Shown: positions 51,176 to 59,619 of the stretch, piece after piece
Numbering within the stretch: the first letter of the stretch is position 1
Layout of the letters: each line of letters begins with the position of its first letter
Assembly (NCBI GenBank): GCA_963845185.1
Contig: CAWJRG010000005.1
Span: 448,001 to 512,000 of the forward strand
Source of the DNA: an uncultured bacterium
Lineage (GTDB): Bacteria; Oederibacteriota; PGYV01; CAWJRG01
Direction: 5' to 3'
Length of the DNA: 64,000 bases
Program-made: the position numbers and the translations under genes
Notes under the pieces: generated by a model
Told to the model about the DNA's origin: nothing
What the model saw: the letters and a program-made list of their open reading frames with translations, nothing else
Database searches by the model: none

Positions 51176-51865
51176 ATGAATAAAGAAGGGTTAATATTAG
51201 CTTTGTTTTTTGTTCTTTTCGTCGTGGATAATGTATTTGCCTCAAGACCGCTTTCTACCGACGACGCGTACACAATCGAAAACGGCAAGACCGAGATAGA
51301 GCTGGGCTATGATTTTGTAGGAGGAACGGCTGGAGAAGATAATACACATATGGCCGGCATCCAGGTAGGACACGGCATTACGGAAAAGATGGACATAAAG
51401 GTCGTATTCCCCTATTCCGTGAGCCCAGCAAGAGGCGCGGAAGGTGTTTTAATCGGCTTAAAGCTGACGGTTTTAAGTGAAGCCGAAAATATACCCAGCG
51501 CTGCGGTGAGCGTTTTTACCGAGCCGGGGCAGCCGGAATACTCGGTAAACGGCATAATCTCAAAAACGCTGGGTTCTGTCAGCCTGTACCTGAATTTTGG
51601 CTATGAATCAACTGGTGTTCCGGGTGAGCAGGGAGGATATACATGTTCGATAGCCGGGGATTACAATATAACCGAAAATATCTCGATCGGAGCGGAAATA
51701 ATTGACTCAACGGAAGAAAAGTTTATTCATCATAATGTTACGCCGTTTATAGGCGCACGTTTTTCAGTGGCAGAATGGATCACGATAGATGCAGGAACAG
51801 GAATTAACTTTAGCAAAGAATCTCGATTAGTTCATGTGACATCTGGATTGACGTTAAAAATATAA
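51176..51865 (+). CDS. Putative outer-membrane beta-barrel transporter (MetA-pathway-like)
   Basis: Signal peptide then RPLSTDDA...G..EIE; C-terminal GLTLKI strand. Confidence 0.7.
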   Translation: MNKEGLILALFFVLFVVDNVFASRPLSTDDAYTIENGKTEIELGYDFVGGTAGEDNTHMAGIQVGHGITEKMDIKVVFPYSVSPARGAEGVLIGLKLTVLSEAENIPSAAVSVFTEPGQPEYSVNGIISKTLGSVSLYLNFGYESTGVPGEQGGYTCSIAGDYNITENISIGAEIIDSTEEKFIHHNVTPFIGARFSVAEWITIDAGTGINFSKESRLVHVTSGLTLKI

Positions 51866-51881
51866 TTAAAAGGAGGAATAT

Positions 51882-52568
51882 ATGCACATACCTGATGGTT
51901 ATCTCGGCCCACCTACCTGTGCCGTAGCTTTTGCGGCTATGGTACCTATTTGGACGGTTGCCGTAAATAAGGTTAGGAAAACGCTCAAGACAAAACAGGT
52001 CCCTTTACTTGCATTAGGAGCGGCGTTTAGTTTTGTTATAATGATGTTCAATGTCCCTATACCTGGAGGTACGACCGGTCATGCTGTAGGCGGTGTTATC
52101 ATCGCAATACTGCTTGGCCCATGGGCTGCGTGCATAGCTATTACCGTAGCGCTCGTGATACAAGCGTTGCTTTTTGGTGACGGTGGAATCACAGCATTGG
52201 GCGCAAACTGTTTTAATATGGCTTTTGTCATTCCATTTACTGGCTACTATCTGTATAAACTTTTTGCTGGAAAGTCAAAAATTGGCTCAATGCGGCAAAT
52301 AATATCAGCTGGGGCCGCAGGATACCTAGGAATAAACCTTGCGGCTTTTTGTGCAGGAGTGGAATTCGGTTTACAACCTATTTTTCATCACACAGTATCC
52401 GGCCAATCTTTGTATTGTCCTTACGGTTTGAACGTGGCGGTACCAGCAATGTTGCTTGAGCACATAATACTTTTCGGCTGGGTGGAAGCAATCGTGACGG
52501 CGTTGGTGCTTGTTTACATCGGAAAACAAATGCCCGAGCTATTACAGAACGGGGGTGCAGATAAATGA
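51882..52568 (+). CDS. nikM: ECF nickel transporter S component NikM/CbiM
   Basis: MHIPDGYL N-terminus (Ni-type), GGTTGH, QALLFGDGG. Confidence 0.92.
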   Translation: MHIPDGYLGPPTCAVAFAAMVPIWTVAVNKVRKTLKTKQVPLLALGAAFSFVIMMFNVPIPGGTTGHAVGGVIIAILLGPWAACIAITVALVIQALLFGDGGITALGANCFNMAFVIPFTGYYLYKLFAGKSKIGSMRQIISAGAAGYLGINLAAFCAGVEFGLQPIFHHTVSGQSLYCPYGLNVAVPAMLLEHIILFGWVEAIVTALVLVYIGKQMPELLQNGGADK

Positions 52569-52903
52569 AGCCAACGATAAAATTGTGGATAGGACTAGCA
52601 GTGTTGGCAATCCTGTCACCGCTCGGATTGCTGCTGCCGTTATTTTTTAAGGCCGGGGCTGCGTGGGGCGAGTGGGGCACTGATGAAATAAAACAAATTG
52701 CAGGCTATGTTCCAGAGAAACTGAAAAAATTATCGGAATTATGGAAAGCTCCAATGCCTGATTACTCTTTTGCGGGCTGGGAGAATAAAAACATGGAGCA
52801 TTTGAGCTTTGCTTATATTTGTTCGGCAATTTTAGGCATAATAGTAATTGTTGGGATATCTTTTATTATAGGCAAGCTGCTTGTAAAAAAAGAGGAAAAA
52901 TAA
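52565..52903 (+). CDS. PDGLE/NikN-like auxiliary membrane subunit
   Basis: LSPLGL...AWGEWG...APMPDY plus C-terminal TM. Confidence 0.85.
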   Translation: MKPTIKLWIGLAVLAILSPLGLLLPLFFKAGAAWGEWGTDEIKQIAGYVPEKLKKLSELWKAPMPDYSFAGWENKNMEHLSFAYICSAILGIIVIVGISFIIGKLLVKKEEK

Positions 52904-52904
52904 A

Positions 52905-53756
52905 TTGAAACGAAACAGTTTTATTGAAAAAACAATCCTCGCTGCGGTATCTATTATAAAAGAGTCTGTTTTTTCAGAAGAAATAGCATCCAAAATAGGT
53001 TTTCTGCAGGGACTGGATGCCAGATTTAAGGTTTTGTCTATTTTTGTTTTCGTGTTCTGCGCTCTTTTTCTGAGACATGAGCAATTGCTTCTAATACTTT
53101 ATGTATTATGTCTTGCGCTTACGGTTTTATCCGGCGTAAGTCTTATTTTTTTCTTTAAACGTACTCTGCTGTTCATACCCCTTTTTTCATTTTTAATAGT
53201 ATTCCCTTCAATATTCGGTTTTTTTACGCCGGGACAAGTAATATGGGAGGGACATATCGGCAGTGTTGTGTTTTCAATAACCAAACAGGGGCTAAATGGC
53301 GCTGTATTAATTATAACGCGTGTAACGGTTTCGGTATCCCTTATAATCTTACTCAGCCTTACAACCCGACATTTTGAATTGCTTAAGACGCTTAGGACGT
53401 TCGGAATACCGGATATTTTTGTAATGGTGGCCGGAATGTGTTACCGCTACATATACCTTTTCGCTGGAATTGTCGAGAACACTTTTCTTGCTATAAAGAG
53501 TCGAACCGGAGGAATCATAAAGACAGGGCACGGCCAAAAAATAACAGCCTGGAATATAGCAATGCTGTGGCGTAGGTCATATATATTAAATGAAAATGTA
53601 TACGACGCTATGCGCTCACGCGGTTTTACGGGTGAACCGGTATCGTTAAATGCGTCTATGGCAAAAATGCGGGATTTTATCTGGTTTGCATTTTTTATTA
53701 CTGCGGCAGCATCTTTTATTGCTCTTGATTATTTTATTAAAGGCTGGAAAACATAA
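52905..53756 (+). CDS. cbiQ: ECF T component NikQ/CbiQ
   Basis: DARFK, YRYI, SR, AMRSRGF. Confidence 0.9.
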   Translation: MKRNSFIEKTILAAVSIIKESVFSEEIASKIGFLQGLDARFKVLSIFVFVFCALFLRHEQLLLILYVLCLALTVLSGVSLIFFFKRTLLFIPLFSFLIVFPSIFGFFTPGQVIWEGHIGSVVFSITKQGLNGAVLIITRVTVSVSLIILLSLTTRHFELLKTLRTFGIPDIFVMVAGMCYRYIYLFAGIVENTFLAIKSRTGGIIKTGHGQKITAWNIAMLWRRSYILNENVYDAMRSRGFTGEPVSLNASMAKMRDFIWFAFFITAAASFIALDYFIKGWKT

Positions 53757-54583
53757 TGAATGAAAATATTTTTGAACTAAAAAATATTGAGTATACTTAT
53801 CCTGGTAAAGTGCCAGCCCTAGCAGGCATCCGTCTTGATATAAAAAAAGGTGAACGTATAGCGCTAATAGGCGCAAACGGATCGGGGAAGTCAACTTTAC
53901 TTACTATGCTGAATGGTCTTATTTATCCGAGTAGTGGAACAATTGTTTCTTTCGATAGAGAACTTTCAGAAGCAGCGTTTAACGACATGGATTTTGTAAA
54001 ATTTTTCAGGGCAAAAACAGGTTTTGTATTCCAAAATCCCGAAGTACAACTTTTCTGCCCTACCGTGAGAGAAGATATAGCTTTTGGTCCGCTCTGTATG
54101 GGAATGCCTGCTGAAGAAGTCCGGAAACAAACGGAAGAAACAGCAGCAGAACTCGGTATAACAGAACTGCTCGACAGGCCGCCGCATCGTTTAAGCATAG
54201 GCGAAAAAAAGAAAGTGGCGTTAGCCACGGTGCTGGTGATTAACCCGGATGTCATGCTTCTTGATGAGCCAACAGCTGGGCTTGACCCGCTCACTACTCA
54301 ACATATAGTGGACATACTAGCCAAGGCTTCCACGGAAGGAAAAACAATAATAACAGCAACACACGACCTTCATATAGTTGAGGAGATATCTGACAGAGTG
54401 ATAATTCTATCAAGGCATGGTAACATAGCTGCCGAAGGTAAACCTGACGTACTTTTGAATAACTTTAAATTGTTGGAAGAAAACAATCTCGTTCATGCAC
54501 ATGGACATAAGCATGCGGATGGTACTACAATGCACGTACATCCGCATCAGCATTTACATCACAAACACGAACACAAAGAGTGA
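53756..54583 (+). CDS. cbiO: ECF ATPase NikO/CbiO with His-rich tail
   Basis: GANGSGKST, FQNPEVQLF, LSIGEKK, LDEPT; tail HAHGHKH...HVHPHQHLHHKHEH. Confidence 0.92.
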   Translation: MNENIFELKNIEYTYPGKVPALAGIRLDIKKGERIALIGANGSGKSTLLTMLNGLIYPSSGTIVSFDRELSEAAFNDMDFVKFFRAKTGFVFQNPEVQLFCPTVREDIAFGPLCMGMPAEEVRKQTEETAAELGITELLDRPPHRLSIGEKKKVALATVLVINPDVMLLDEPTAGLDPLTTQHIVDILAKASTEGKTIITATHDLHIVEEISDRVIILSRHGNIAAEGKPDVLLNNFKLLEENNLVHAHGHKHADGTTMHVHPHQHLHHKHEHKE

Positions 54584-54687
54584 GTGGACGCCTTAAGCGG
54601 ATTTTTCAGATTTCCGGACAGATAAAAAGCTTGAAAGAAGCAAAATTTTAAGCTATTATTCACATTGGATTAAGCTTGGATGTTGCG

Positions 54688-54770
54688 TGGTTCTTTTAAA
54701 ACGAATTGTTTGGTCCTCATGAAACGAAAACCTTGGTCCTTTTGACCGAAATTTGCACTGCGTTAATACA
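54688..54770 (-). repeat. IS21 right end: 3 inverted repeats plus terminal IR
   Basis: TGGT(C/T)C at 54688, 54711 and 54734; reverse complement begins TGTATTAACGCAGTGCAAATTTCGG. Confidence 0.85.
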
Positions 54771-54878
54771 GGCAATATATTGCGTTTTGCTGGAAAATAC
54801 AGGGATTTATTGACGAATAGCTGCAGGTAAGGCAAAACCTTTGACAAGACTCTTCGGCACGCTGTCTTTGGCGTGGAT

Positions 54879-55304
54879 TTAAGTAAAAATTGAAATTATA
54901 ATGCCGGTTATAAGGACAATCACTGCGTAAAGCGAGCCCTTCCAGGGCGTATCAGCCTTTGTATCCTTGTACAAAGAATAATTAACGGCAAATATGCCGA
55001 TGCAGTATATTAAAGCCACGCAGGGAATTGAATATTTATAGAATATCCCCGGCAAAAAATAATTCACAACAGGAAAAATCATCAATAAAATTGATATTAC
55101 CAAAAAGCCGAGGCCCACAAGCCTTAGAAATGACAAAATTAAAAATTTAAGCGGGCCTTCTATTTCATCCCACGGCCTGCCGGCAGCCTGTTCTTGAAAT
55201 GGCAAAAATTTCCCGGATAAAAAGCTTTTTAATGCCATAACCAGGAAGACCAGGCCTACTAAAAAAAATAATACTATTGGTATTGCTTTAATGATTTCCG
55301 TCAT
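54879..55304 (-). CDS. Hypothetical 4-TM membrane protein
   Basis: GAGGTG RBS; four hydrophobic segments; TKADTPWKG. Confidence 0.7.
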   Translation of the reverse strand: MTEIIKAIPIVLFFLVGLVFLVMALKSFLSGKFLPFQEQAAGRPWDEIEGPLKFLILSFLRLVGLGFLVISILLMIFPVVNYFLPGIFYKYSIPCVALIYCIGIFAVNYSLYKDTKADTPWKGSLYAVIVLITGIIISIFT

Positions 55305-55360
55305 TGATTGCCACCTCAACAAGTTTTTAATGTTCTTTTTTTGATTTTTTGCAGTCTGCA

Positions 55361-55400
55361 AATAAAAAAAGGAACGGCTGTTTCTTGGCCGCCCTTTTTT
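55361..55400 (-). terminator. Intrinsic terminator-like hairpin
   Basis: A-run, CGGCT...GGCCG stem, T-run, downstream of the propeller lipoprotein gene. Confidence 0.5.
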
Positions 55401-55485
55401 GATTCTTCTTAACACGCTGCACATAGCAAGTCCCACGCCTTTGCTTACCACTCACCCCATCCCACTTACCACTTATTTTTCCTTC

Positions 55486-56622
55486 TTATTGCGAGTGCCA
55501 CACATCGTTTACCTGGGTGCCGTATTGACCGCCTGCTTCAAGCCCGCCTATGACCCACATTTCATTATTAAACACAACGCTGCTGTGGAATTCCCTTGCA
55601 GGAAAAGCAGTGTATTGATTGACAATGCTCCAGTTCATACCGTCCATCGAGCCCCAAATATCATCGAGCAGATTTCCGTGATAGTCGCTGCCTGCTATGA
55701 CGTACATTATGTTGTTATATAAAACCGCGGAATGGCCGTCCCTCGGCGAAAACGCTGCTGCTTCTGTTCCAAGCGACCAGGATGTCCCGTCAATTGAATA
55801 AAACGTGTCATTCATATCATAACCATAATTATTGACGCCCCCAAGAATCCACAATTGATTTGAGGTAGTAATACTCGCGAACTCGTCCCTTGTGTCAAAC
55901 GCTGCCGAAGCCGCGGCCTCGGTCCATGTTATGCCGTCTGACGAATACCATGAATCATTCAAGAAGTTCCCTGACTCTTCGGATCCGCCTATTACCCACA
56001 TATAATTATTAAATACCACACTGCAATGGCCGTAGCGCGGATTAAATGCCGCGCCGCCTGTGGCTTGCGCCCAGTTTTGCCCGTCCGACGAATACCAGAC
56101 ATCGTTTAATGCAGCGCCGTTATCGTTGTCTAAAAAGACATCCCATCCGCCAATAACCCACATTAAATTATTGTATACCACACTGCTGTGGCTGTCCCTC
56201 GCGCTGAAAGCCGCGCCGCCCGTGGCATCATTCCAGTTTACGCCGTCGCTGGAATACCATACGTCGTTATAATCCCCATCATTGTTGTTAAATCCACCTA
56301 TTACCCACATTTCATTATTAAACACTACGCTTGTGTGGCTGTCCCTTGGGCTAAAAGCCGCATTGCCAGTGGCTACCACCCAGATGCCACCAGGATAAGG
56401 TGTCGGAGAAACAGTGAAGGTCGGAGAGATTGTATAAGTTGGAGATATGGTGGGTGTTGTAGTCTTTGTCCATAATGTAGCTATTGCGGTCAGCGTCAAA
56501 TTAGGAGTCGGCACAAAATGGCCTTGCAATCCCGGCCCCGAAGGTGTTGTTTTTTGGCTGCATGAAAATGCGATCAATGCTAAAACCAAAAAAATCAAAA
56601 TAAAAATATAATATTTTCTCAT
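55486..56622 (-). CDS. Lipoprotein with Thr/Pro linker and Kelch-like beta-propeller repeats
   Basis: AFSC lipobox; six repeats FSPRD.H.SVVFNN.MWVIGG...NDVWYSSDG..W. Confidence 0.82.
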   Translation of the reverse strand: MRKYYIFILIFLVLALIAFSCSQKTTPSGPGLQGHFVPTPNLTLTAIATLWTKTTTPTISPTYTISPTFTVSPTPYPGGIWVVATGNAAFSPRDSHTSVVFNNEMWVIGGFNNNDGDYNDVWYSSDGVNWNDATGGAAFSARDSHSSVVYNNLMWVIGGWDVFLDNDNGAALNDVWYSSDGQNWAQATGGAAFNPRYGHCSVVFNNYMWVIGGSEESGNFLNDSWYSSDGITWTEAAASAAFDTRDEFASITTSNQLWILGGVNNYGYDMNDTFYSIDGTSWSLGTEAAAFSPRDGHSAVLYNNIMYVIAGSDYHGNLLDDIWGSMDGMNWSIVNQYTAFPAREFHSSVVFNNEMWVIGGLEAGGQYGTQVNDVWHSQ

Positions 56623-56767
56623 TTTTACCTCCAAGCACGAGTTTATTTTGGAAACTTTAAATAATATGCTGATTTATATAATATTTGACGAATCCAAAAG
56701 GTCAAAAGTTTACTGGTTTAACACGCCATCGCATGCTTTAAATCCGGTTCTTCGGCAGTCTGCCAAT

Positions 56768-56802
56768 AAAAAAAGGCGGCTGTTTTTTAGCCGCCCCTTT
56801 TT
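56768..56802 (-). terminator. Intrinsic terminator
   Basis: AAAAAAAGGCGGCTG-TTTT-TAGCCGCCCCTTTTT downstream of the Bor-like genes. Confidence 0.6.
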
Positions 56803-56812
56803 AAGCTAAAAT

Positions 56813-57145
56813 TTACTTAATAACATCTACTTCGGTAGTGGTGGAAATAACTGTGACATTTGAACCGATACCATTAATCAGCCAATTTAAAAAACTCGTA
56901 TATGTGGTCACCTTGACCTTTTCTTTCGGCTGGATAAGATCTCTTGTGCTGTTGTCCCCGAGCGGTACAAGCCCCCATAGTAAATAAAAATTCATTTGGG
57001 TACGGACTTCTTTTACCTGGTATTTTTCCTGGTCAGGCATTAAATAAGCGTAGGAATTGTCTGGTGCTTCAACATTTACCGTAGAACAAGAAATAAAAAT
57101 AAAAACAATAAATACTGCAAGTAAAACCACGATTATTCTTCTCAT
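56813..57145 (-). CDS. Bor/Iss-like lipoprotein, copy 2
   Basis: FISC lipobox, FYLLWGLVP. Confidence 0.7.
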   Translation of the reverse strand: MRRIIVVLLAVFIVFIFISCSTVNVEAPDNSYAYLMPDQEKYQVKEVRTQMNFYLLWGLVPLGDNSTRDLIQPKEKVKVTTYTSFLNWLINGIGSNVTVISTTTEVDVIK

Positions 57146-57170
57146 ATTCGCCTCTTTTTTAAGCTAAAAT

Positions 57171-57503
57171 TTATTTAATAACATCTACTTCGGTAGTGTT
57201 TGTGCTAATTGTAACAAAACCTATAATATAATTAAGAATGTAATTTACAACGGTTAAAGATGTGGTGACCTTGACTTTTTCTTTCGGCCGAATAAGGCTT
57301 TGTGAGCTGTTGTCGCCGAGCGGTATAAGCCCCCACAGTAAATAAAAATTCATTTTACTGCGGACTTCTTTTACCTGCCATTTTGCAGAATCTGGCATTA
57401 AATAAGCAAAGGAATTGTCCGGTGCTGCGACTTTTACCGTAGAACACGAAATAAAAATAAAAACAATAAATACTGCAAGAAAAACCAAGATTATCTTTTT
57501 CAT
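57171..57503 (-). CDS. Bor/Iss-like lipoprotein, copy 1
   Basis: FISC lipobox, FYLLWGLIP; same length as its neighbour. Confidence 0.7.
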   Translation of the reverse strand: MKKIILVFLAVFIVFIFISCSTVKVAAPDNSFAYLMPDSAKWQVKEVRSKMNFYLLWGLIPLGDNSSQSLIRPKEKVKVTTSLTVVNYILNYIIGFVTISTNTTEVDVIK

Positions 57504-57819
57504 CTTCGCCTCCTTTTTTAAGTTGTTTGTTAGAATCCCATAATTATATGAATTATATCAGTATTAATTTAAAAATCAACTGATAGCGGAAAATAAAACC
57601 AGATTAGTTTCATCACTTAAAACCAAAACAATGACTAAGGAATCGGCGGGACAAGACACTGAACTTGCTTTCTCTACTGCAACCCCGGCTTTATTCCGAA
57701 GAACCGCCTATCTTATATGACAAACTAAAGAATTTGTCAGGTTAATACCCACGCCTCGCTGACTTTCAACAACTGAATAATAAACCAGTCTGCAACTGCC
57801 CTCATAGCAAGCTTTTATT

Positions 57820-57887
57820 GTAGAGACAGGCCCCTGCGCCTGTCTCGCTCTCATATCAGTAGAGACGACCCGGCGGGTCGTCTCTAC
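57820..57887. repeat. REP doublet
   Basis: GTAGAGACAGGC...GCCTGTCTC (57820-57846) and GTAGAGACGACCCGGCGGGTCGTCTCTAC (57859-57887). Confidence 0.75.
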
Positions 57888-57897
57888 ATCTAATCCG

Positions 57898-58170
57898 TTA
57901 TATCCTGTCATACTCATCTTTTGTAATAACGCCTAAAACCTTTATATTCCTTTTATGCAATAACTTGCCCATTAAACTGTCATCATCCACCATTTGCGCA
58001 GAATAAATCCATCGGCCGTTCCTGCTTATAGCCAGAAAGAAATCACCGTAATAAGCATTGGGTGCAAATCTGTCTTTTAAAATATCTTTCTGGATACCGC
58101 CGACAAATGGAGTCCCGCTTACTTCCTGTTCCCATTGCTCTTTAGTATATACTTTATCTTTTTCAAGCAT
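57898..58170 (-). CDS. Hypothetical protein
   Basis: AGGAG RBS; 90 aa; no recognisable motif. Confidence 0.55.
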   Translation of the reverse strand: MLEKDKVYTKEQWEQEVSGTPFVGGIQKDILKDRFAPNAYYGDFFLAISRNGRWIYSAQMVDDDSLMGKLLHKRNIKVLGVITKDEYDRI

Positions 58171-58266
58171 TGATACTCCTGTGGAGAAAAGTCTGAAAGG
58201 TTAACCGCAAATTTTATACAATAAATTAATGAATTTGTCAGGTTAATATCGCCAAAAGAATAAATG

Positions 58267-58758
58267 TTATTTGATTATTTGCTCGGCAGCATCATTTGCA
58301 CTCATATCAGAAACATCAATTTTTATTGTATCCAAATTGAAATATAGCGGAATCCGGGCGACGCTTCTGCTGATAACGTCTTCTTGTCTTATGCCGGCAT
58401 CAATATCTTTTTGCAGCCTTGCAATTAAATTTTCTTTTTTACAGATTAACGATATTTTCTTTATCTCGCAGGTATCAGCATTTAAATTGGAAATAATACC
58501 GTCAATAATACTTTGTTCATGCATCACCCAGCAAAAAATAATGTTTTCATAAGCAGAGCATTTTATAAAATTATTCAGCAGGTGGCATATATTATCAACT
58601 ACCATTGCTTTGGTTTCTTCCGTGACTTGAAACGGATTCATGTCCCAGCACCAGTCTCCGTTGAGGAATATGCTGTTAGGTAATTTCTTTTTAAGGCATT
58701 GGGCTACAGCAGTCTTTCCTACTCCCATTGTACCGCCGATTATATATAACTTTTTCAT
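58267..58758 (-). CDS. P-loop nucleotide kinase-like (AAA) protein
   Basis: AGGAG RBS; IIGGTMGVGKT, GDWCWDM. Confidence 0.8.
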   Translation of the reverse strand: MKKLYIIGGTMGVGKTAVAQCLKKKLPNSIFLNGDWCWDMNPFQVTEETKAMVVDNICHLLNNFIKCSAYENIIFCWVMHEQSIIDGIISNLNADTCEIKKISLICKKENLIARLQKDIDAGIRQEDVISRSVARIPLYFNLDTIKIDVSDMSANDAAEQIIK

Positions 58759-58843
58759 ATGCCTCTCCTGCAAATTCCGATTTGTCATACAGTTCCTATT
58801 AACAAAGCATAGCATAAGCCGCTGGAAAAGCCAATATGATGAA

Positions 58844-59110
58844 GCGGTGGGATTGGTCACCTCGCGCCTACCTCGGCGCTCCTCGACCCCCTCTCTCACT
58901 TACGCTCGGCTCTGCCTCACTTTTCCTCGCTATCCGCTCGGCGTTCGTTCGCTTCAATTCCCTAAAGCTCATTAAATAAAAATCCCCGCGGTGGGAATTG
59001 ACTACTACGCCGCTACCCACGGCTGCGTAGTCTCCCCTCTCTCACTTACGCTCGGCTCTGCCTCGCTCTTCCTCGCTATCCGCTCGGCGTTCGTTCGCTT
59101 CAATTCCCAC
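58844..59110. repeat. Two tandem ~120-bp tmRNA-3'-end-related repeats
   Basis: Copies at 58844-58962 and 58988-59110 share a near-identical core of about 75 bp and begin GCGGTGGGA(A)TTG like the ssrA T-arm. Confidence 0.8.
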
Positions 59111-59118
59111 TTTCATAT

Positions 59119-59158
59119 AAATATAAAAAGGGAACCCAAAGGTTCCCCTTTTTATATT
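59119..59158 (-). terminator. ssrA terminator
   Basis: ATATAAAAAGGGAACC-CAAA-GGTTCCCCTTTTTATAT. Confidence 0.75.
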
Positions 59159-59498
59159 TGGTGGAGGCGGTGGGAATTGAACCCACGTCCAGACCTGCTT
59201 TGATAAAGGTCGTTACATGCTTTTTCCGGAATTTATTTTCGCGCAGCAAGCTCCTCCGGACGGGATTTTGCTGCGCTACACTCCGTATATCTTAACGCCG
59301 CCCTCCGGAGCACAAGACGGCGGGCAGCCTGCTATTTGGCCCCTTTAACTTCCCGCAGGCAAAAAAGTCAAAGAGGAGTTGCTGTTAAGCAGCTAGTGCG
59401 AAATTGTTCGCGATTACTTTGTCCACCTGTTTAACGAGGCAGTGGACCTCGGCATGCACCTTGTATCTACACGAGACCTGTCGAAACCGGTCGCCCCC
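59159..59498 (-). ncRNA. ssrA: tmRNA
   Basis: 5' GGGGGCGACCGGTTTCGAC, 3' GTGGGTTCAATTCCCACCGCCTCCACCA; tag ORF ANNFALAA* at 59411-59385; follows smpB. Confidence 0.95.
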
Positions 59499-59619
59499 AC
59501 AAAAAATTTATAAAATAAATTTTTTGAGAGAATTCGAGAGGTGAAAGTTAATAGTTGATTAAAGCAAAACCTCTTAAATTCGGTCTACTTTCTCCTATCT
59601 ACTTTCTGTATCTTTTGCT

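Larger units (their letters stand above)
48005..54770 (+). mobile_element. IS21-family element carrying a nickel-uptake cargo (6766 bp)
   Basis: TGT...ACA termini; four 23-bp-period repeats at left (48025-48111) and three inverted copies at right (54688-54750); no such repeats after istB. Confidence 0.85.

Noticed and set aside
48005..54770. Composite transposon
   Set aside because: There is only one istAB pair and no second IS copy at the right end.
54800..54875. Possible c-di-GMP riboswitch (GGCAAAACC)
   Set aside because: Lacks the GAAA tetraloop stem and second hairpin, and no correctly oriented gene lies downstream.
54879..58758. Integron cassette array
   Set aside because: No integron integrase and no convincing RYYYAAC...GTTRRRY attC pairs between the genes.
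58759..58899. N-terminal extension of the kinase ORF, and ORF 58991-59203
   Set aside because: Both run through the tmRNA-linked repeats; an RBS supports the start at 58758.
58844..59110. CRISPR array or extra tRNA genes
   Set aside because: Only two long units, no cloverleaf, no CCA end and no cas genes.
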